From positions 1 through 31,813 of the IMG/VR virus record IMGVR_UViG_3300029171_000032: DNA of 31,813 nt, one strand, 5' to 3'. The position numbers were made by a program, and so were the translations under genes. Below are positions 28,040 to 31,813 of this stretch, piece by piece (positions within the stretch are counted from its first letter, which is position 1; every line of letters starts with the position of its first letter). The stretch is from a virus. Lineage: Duplodnaviria > Caudoviricetes. The notes below the pieces were generated by a model that was not told where the DNA came from, searched no databases, and saw only the letters and a program-made list of their open reading frames with translations.

Positions 28040-28058
28040 TTTCGTTTCTGATGTAGTT

Positions 28059-28104
28059 ATTCTATATAAGTTAGCGCTAACCGCAATTAACTTTACAAAG
28101 CTTT
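28059..28104 (-). promoter_or_regulatory. Promoter with operator copy 3
   Basis: TTGCGG-N16-TAGAAT with GTTAGCGCTAAC (28070-28081) and AAAGCTTTGTAAAG upstream. Confidence 0.7.
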
Positions 28105-28314
28105 ACGATTGTATTCATCAAGCAAATCCAGATTCCATCCAGTGAACAAAATAATGGTTTCGAGTGCATCCGCAACACTGCCAAATCCATCGCCACAGCA
28201 CTCAATATCGCTGTCGCAATTCTCGCAGCGCATCTGAGTGGCCGAGAAAGCCCACGGCGGATAATTAATAGTCTCGCCAGCCTCAAGCCTTTGTCTTAGT
28301 TCTGATAGTTTCAT
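28093..28314 (-). CDS. Hypothetical protein
   Basis: ATGA coupling; CxxC motif. Confidence 0.6.
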   Translation of the reverse strand: MKLSELRQRLEAGETINYPPWAFSATQMRCENCDSDIECCGDGFGSVADALETIILFTGWNLDLLDEYNRKAL

Positions 28315-28493
28315 TCTTCAATATCACACAATGAGAAAAGCCGCTCTTCGATTATGGACAGCCTTACTTTAACACGTGCAAAGTCGGACGGGTCAACACC
28401 ATATTCATGACCGGTCAAAACATCGCGAAGGATGCTCATGGCTGTTGATATTTTTGCCCGATTTGTTGCTTTTATGTAGTCTTTCTCTTTCAT
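28311..28493 (-). CDS. Hypothetical protein
   Basis: Tightly packed in the early operon. Confidence 0.6.
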   Translation of the reverse strand: MKEKDYIKATNRAKISTAMSILRDVLTGHEYGVDPSDFARVKVRLSIIEERLFSLCDIEE

Positions 28494-28496
28494 AAT

Positions 28497-28817
28497 TCAG
28501 CTCGCATTATAGTAATCAATTCTATCGTTTATGATGGATTCTAGCTTGCTGTATAGGCTTACCATAATCGAGTGATGGAAGTCGCCAAATCGCGCTATGC
28601 CGCCCCTAACAAGAAAGCATTGAATGGTTGAAGATAGGTCATCGTCCTCGCCGCAAAATGATTCAAGCAGCACTTCTTTCAGCTTTTCTTCATCGCCAAA
28701 ATCTTTTAGGTGAGTCAGCGCAATTGCCATAGCTAAATCTTTATCACACTCCAACCAATCCATGAGCGGCTGAATCGGGCTTTGCATTGTGTCGAATAGT
28801 TCGTCTAGTGATCTCAT
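28497..28817 (-). CDS. Hypothetical protein
   Basis: AGGAG RBS. Confidence 0.7.
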   Translation of the reverse strand: MRSLDELFDTMQSPIQPLMDWLECDKDLAMAIALTHLKDFGDEEKLKEVLLESFCGEDDDLSSTIQCFLVRGGIARFGDFHHSIMVSLYSKLESIINDRIDYYNAS

Positions 28818-28841
28818 AAAATCTCCTGGTTTATGTATTTG

Positions 28842-29276
28842 TCAAAAATGAATGTCATCATCAAAGCTGTCGAAACCTTGGTTTTGTGCTGGGGCTGCTC
28901 CAAGTGCAGACTGACTTGGTGCTGCTTGCGGCTTGATATCATCTTTGCCGTCCAACATTTGCATTTGATCGGCGACAATCTCAGTTGAGTATCGATCTGT
29001 GCCGTCCTGCGCAGTCCATTTACGGGTTCTGAGAGAGCCTTCGATATAAACCTTACCACCCTTACGAAGATACTCGCCTGCAATTTCAGCCAGCTTTTTG
29101 AAGAAAACTACGCGGTGCCACTCAACACGTTGTTGAACTTGCCCAGTTTTATCCTTCCAGCTCTCGGAAGTTGCAACGCTGATATTTGTTATGGCCGTCG
29201 AGTCTTGAGTATATTTCACCTCTGGATCACTCCCCAGCGAGCCAATCAATATGACCTTATTCACGCCTCTGCTCAT
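28842..29276 (-). CDS. ssb: Single-stranded DNA-binding protein
   Basis: [46 protein letters not shown], acidic tail DDDIHF. Confidence 0.96.
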   Translation of the reverse strand: MSRGVNKVILIGSLGSDPEVKYTQDSTAITNISVATSESWKDKTGQVQQRVEWHRVVFFKKLAEIAGEYLRKGGKVYIEGSLRTRKWTAQDGTDRYSTEIVADQMQMLDGKDDIKPQAAPSQSALGAAPAQNQGFDSFDDDIHF

Positions 29277-29286
29277 GATTTTTACC

Positions 29287-29772
29287 CTATTTGATTCTGA
29301 TTGAAGATTGGCCTTTTTGCAGTGATGCACCTGCAACTTCTTGACCTTCTTTGATTGCCTTTGAGATTGCGATTTTGTCTGGTGCAATAACAGTTTTTAC
29401 AGTAACAAATTCGTCTGGTAGTAATGACTCGTCAGATATAGCAACAGAGTCACGACCCTCTACTAATGTAATTGTAAACAATGGGCATGATATTTTTTTA
29501 ATATCGCAAGCCTCCATATTTTCACGCAGATAATCAATCAATGATTCTTTTCTGGCTTTTATTTGTTTTTTGCGCTTATCAAGCCTTTCAATTGCCGCAT
29601 CAATTTGAGCTATATTTCCATCGAGATCCATTGACCAATCGGCCAAAGAAATGGCTTTTTCATGTAATGATCCAGATATAGCTTCAAGCGTATCTTTAAT
29701 TGCGGACGGATCAATATCTTCATCTTTCGATAGCGCCAAAAGCTCGCCAGTTAATTCATGTAGTGCTGTCAT
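29287..29772 (-). CDS. Siphovirus Gp157-family protein
   Basis: IKDTLEAI...KA, coiled coil, DESLLPDEF...[21 protein letters not shown]. Confidence 0.85.
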   Translation of the reverse strand: MTALHELTGELLALSKDEDIDPSAIKDTLEAISGSLHEKAISLADWSMDLDGNIAQIDAAIERLDKRKKQIKARKESLIDYLRENMEACDIKKISCPLFTITLVEGRDSVAISDESLLPDEFVTVKTVIAPDKIAISKAIKEGQEVAGASLQKGQSSIRIK

Positions 29773-30511
29773 TTTTAAGCTCCTGTTTTTTAGTTTGTCC
29801 AGCCAATGCAATAGCCTTTAAGCCCTTGTCGCATATGTCGGCAATGTCTGTGATTTTCTTTCTGCCCTCAAGGTGACGAAGTGCAATCTTAGCAAATCCG
29901 TTCACTTCTATTTCTGATTTTGATTCATTGATTCGCTTCAGATAATCTTCAATATATGCCGTGATTTCTTCGCGTTTTTCTTTAATCATAATGTCTTTAT
30001 CTTCGGCCTTTTCAATCTCCGATTCAATTTTTAGTTGATTTACATAGTTTTCGTCTTCAAACATTCCTGTAAAAATATCAGCAGAAAATCCAAGCATTGA
30101 CAGCGATTTTTTGATAGCATCCATTAGTGATTTCTTTGGCGCCTCGCCGTCATCGCTAACGCCATACTTTGACCGATAGATTGCTGGGGTGTGGCCGTAT
30201 TGAATGACCTCGCCTTTCTTCCCGTCAATCACATACCAAAGTTTTATCTTGATTGTATGGGTTTTGCTTTGCTCTAATCGGTTTTCTTCATTAGTTACTT
30301 TTACGGCAATCAATGCGCCGTTGTCCCAGCGCTCCTCCAACACTTCATAACCCCAGCCAATACCAAGCAAGCCGAATTTATCAGTGGCCTGCTTTATCAT
30401 CCAGTAGCCATTAATCGACGTTTGATCTCTGCCTCCAACATTTGCATTTTTAGTTGCTGAAGGATCAGTCTTTGAAACTGACTCCCATAGTTTTAAGTTA
30501 TCTTCACTCAT
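29756..30511 (-). CDS. Probable single-strand annealing protein (Rad52/Sak-like)
   Basis: KTDPSATK...TSING...ATDKFG..GIGWGYEV...DGEAPKKSLMDAIKKSLSMLGFSADIF; adjacent to gp157 and ssb. Confidence 0.65.
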   Translation of the reverse strand: MSEDNLKLWESVSKTDPSATKNANVGGRDQTSINGYWMIKQATDKFGLLGIGWGYEVLEERWDNGALIAVKVTNEENRLEQSKTHTIKIKLWYVIDGKKGEVIQYGHTPAIYRSKYGVSDDGEAPKKSLMDAIKKSLSMLGFSADIFTGMFEDENYVNQLKIESEIEKAEDKDIMIKEKREEITAYIEDYLKRINESKSEIEVNGFAKIALRHLEGRKKITDIADICDKGLKAIALAGQTKKQELKNDSTT

Positions 30512-30526
30512 ATCATTACCTGACCA

Positions 30527-30724
30527 TTAATCGTTAATTTTTGTTAATTTTCGTAAATCTCTATCAACACACTGCATGACCTGATCATGTATGCGTCGAC
30601 CGTTTAATTTCCACTCGCCGTCTATCTTCTCGACTTTAACCCAATTCTCTCTGCGATTCATGCCGCGCCGGATTAATACCATAGCGGTGCTATCGGATTT
30701 TTGGTCGAATTGGATTACTCTCAT
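30527..30724 (-). CDS. Hypothetical protein
   Basis: ATGA coupling at 30721-30724. Confidence 0.6.
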   Translation of the reverse strand: MRVIQFDQKSDSTAMVLIRRGMNRRENWVKVEKIDGEWKLNGRRIHDQVMQCVDRDLRKLTKIND

Positions 30725-30981
30725 ACACGAACCATGCAATCTTCAGAGAATCCGCGAAGCCAGTATCTTTGATTATATGGGTCAACCTCGACATCATGCG
30801 TCAATGAGTAAAGTGGCGTTCCGTCACAATCCCGAGTTTGTTTTGCAACGAAAAGCCTAACTCCGCCTTCAATCTCAACAAGATCACCAACTTCAAAGGA
30901 ATGCATTCTTGCGTTATTTAATTCGCGGTATGTGCGGCCTTCTGGATCATCTGGATCTTTTAAGTCATATATATTTATCAT
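30721..30981 (-). CDS. Hypothetical protein (SH3/KOW-like), first gene of the leftward operon
   Basis: AGGTGA RBS; HSFEVGDLVEI...RDCDGTPLYSL. Confidence 0.7.
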   Translation of the reverse strand: MINIYDLKDPDDPEGRTYRELNNARMHSFEVGDLVEIEGGVRLFVAKQTRDCDGTPLYSLTHDVEVDPYNQRYWLRGFSEDCMVRV

Positions 30982-31011
30982 AAATCACCTGTGTTTTGTT
31001 TGCGTACTGTC

Positions 31012-31039
31012 AATATATCTCATTATAAAATAATGTAAA
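31012..31039 (-). promoter_or_regulatory. Leftward early promoter with palindromic operator
   Basis: TTTACA-N16-TATATT; inverted repeat CATTAT-AAA-ATAATG at 31021-31035. Confidence 0.65.
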
Positions 31040-31051
31040 CACACATAATGC

Positions 31052-31096
31052 AAAGATTTGTAAAGACGTTGACATTAGATTATAATTCTTTATAGT
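31052..31096 (+). promoter_or_regulatory. Rightward promoter driving the cassette array, with related operator
   Basis: TTGACA(31069-74)-N16-TATAGT(31091-96); CATTAG-ATT-ATAATT at 31073-31087; AAAGATTTGTAAAGAC upstream. Confidence 0.75.
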
Positions 31097-31098
31097 GT

Positions 31099-31217
31099 CA
31101 ATAACGCTCGGATAACTGGTGCAAGCAAAGTAAAAACTAATTACGGAAAAATATTTATGAGCAACGAACAAAAACAAAGCGATGCCAAGGTGCATCCAGT
31201 TGATACGCTTGTTATGC
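31099..31217 (-). mobile_element. attC: Integron attC site A (119 bp)
   Basis: Minus strand R'' GCATAAC-AAGCG-L'' TATCAACT-GG(A)TGCA...TGCACC-L' AGTTATC-CGAGC-R' GTTATTG; extra C in L'' and extra A give the canonical extrahelical G and T on the opposite strand. Confidence 0.85.
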
Positions 31218-31474
31218 CAATTGATGTTGGCTGGGAGCTGCTTGAAGTTGTCCACATTGATGCTTTGGTACGAGTATGTGGAATGTTCGATCCAGATTCA
31301 GATCTTAATAATGGGTACGGATGCAGATCAACTCACAACACTGAAAGCCCCGGTCGCTGTTATACGTTTTCGTGTCCAATAGCAACGGAAATAGATAACG
31401 AAGACCCCGAATGGAATGATTCTTTATCAGAAGCAACTTGGATGAGAGTGCATTCGAAATTTGCGACTGCATAA
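31157..31474 (+). CDS. Cassette 1 cargo: Cys-rich hypothetical protein
   Basis: Starts inside attC-A, reads ...VDTLVMP across it, ends at the TAA of the attC-B core; CGMF, NNGYGC, GRCYTFSCPIA. Confidence 0.75.
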   Translation: MSNEQKQSDAKVHPVDTLVMPIDVGWELLEVVHIDALVRVCGMFDPDSDLNNGYGCRSTHNTESPGRCYTFSCPIATEIDNEDPEWNDSLSEATWMRVHSKFATA

Positions 31475-31553
31475 CGCCTAGCTAAAAGGCGCTGGCACAT
31501 TAACTGAAAATTAACCGACGCTAGCAGCGTCCTTTTTGAGTGATTTGTTATGC
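31469..31553 (-). mobile_element. attC: Integron attC site B (85 bp)
   Basis: Minus strand GCATAAC-AAATC-ACTCAAAA-AGG(A)CGCTG...CAGCGCC-TTTTAGC-TAGGC-GTTATGC. Confidence 0.85.
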
Positions 31554-31675
31554 AACACATTATTTTTGAAACAATTCACTATGCGCACATTTGTCTTGTT
31601 CGTGACAACCCTGCAGCACAGGAAATATATTCTGAGGCAGTAAAAACCGGCGCTGTAAAAGGTTTTGAGTATTAA
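31550..31675 (+). CDS. Cassette 2 cargo: 41-aa ORF
   Basis: MQHIIFETIHYAHICLVRDNPAAQEIYSEAVKTGAVKGFEY; ATG lies in the GTTATGC box; TAA is followed in frame by GCA-TAA of the attC-C core. Confidence 0.5.
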   Translation: MQHIIFETIHYAHICLVRDNPAAQEIYSEAVKTGAVKGFEY

Positions 31676-31807
31676 GCATAACGCCAAGCTAAGCGGCAAA
31701 CAAATGAGGATTTGAAATGAGCGATAAAACAGAATTACAAACAGAAGTAAGTGCAACGGAAGGTTTGTCCAGCACCGAAGGTGCGATGCTTGAGCGACTT
31801 GTTATGC
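31676..31807 (-). mobile_element. attC: Integron attC site C (132 bp)
   Basis: Minus strand GCATAAC-AAGTC-GCTCAAGC-[side hairpin GCACCTTCGGTGC]-GG(A)CAAAC...GTTTGCC-GCTTAGC-TTGGC-GTTATGC. Confidence 0.9.
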
Positions 31808-31813
31808 CCCACT
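31717..31813 (+). CDS. Cassette 3 cargo, N-terminus only (truncated by the window end)
   Basis: GAGGA RBS (31706-10) and ATG31717 inside attC-C; MSDKTELQTEVSATEGLSSTEGAMLERLVMPH... Confidence 0.7.
   Translation, partial: MSDKTELQTEVSATEGLSSTEGAMLERLVMPH

Noticed and set aside
31010-31756. Minus-strand ORFs 31010-31255, 31360-31560 and 31511-31756 as conventional cassette genes
   Set aside because: Each runs through an attC or the promoter, lacks a clear RBS and does not respect cassette boundaries, whereas the plus-strand ORFs do
31099-31813. CRISPR array, REP elements or terminators as an explanation for the repeats
   Set aside because: Units differ in length and sequence, are separated by ORFs, and show attC-specific box spacing and bulges
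1-31813. Integrase (IntI or phage Int), CI repressor, replication genes or reverse transcriptase/DGR
   Set aside because: No ORF with the corresponding motifs was recognised; such genes may lie outside the window, so lifestyle cannot be called

Overview
Partial genome of a podovirus-like tailed phage, probably of a Gram-negative proteobacterium (about 40-45% GC by eye). Bases 1-17 are a random-amplification primer tag. The rightward late region (1.0-23.8 kb) carries P22-like small and large terminases, portal, GroES, scaffold, capsid proteins, head-tail and gp10-like tail proteins, a cupin-SET fusion, four ejection proteins, a tail fibre and a tailspike, and a GH19 endolysin-holin-Rz/Rz1 lysis cassette. 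The leftward early region (23.9-31.0 kb) carries NinG, NinB-like, SSB, Gp157, a Rad52/Sak-like annealing protein, many small ORFs and a non-canonical tRNA-like element. The main finding is at the right end (31.1-31.8 kb, running off the window). Directly behind an operator-containing phage promoter lie three canonical integron attC sites (R'', L'', L', R' boxes with extrahelical bases). They point opposite to their cargo ORFs, and two of them contain the start codon and N-terminus of the cargo gene. This looks like a phage-borne, inverted-polarity gene-cassette array, with no integrase in the window. Other signals are a three-copy LacI-type operator (TTAGCGCTAACCG) upstream of accessory genes, including a PagP-like outer-membrane protein, and a Shine-Dalgarno-sequestering leader before the capsid genes. 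All protein assignments come from motif recognition, not database searches.
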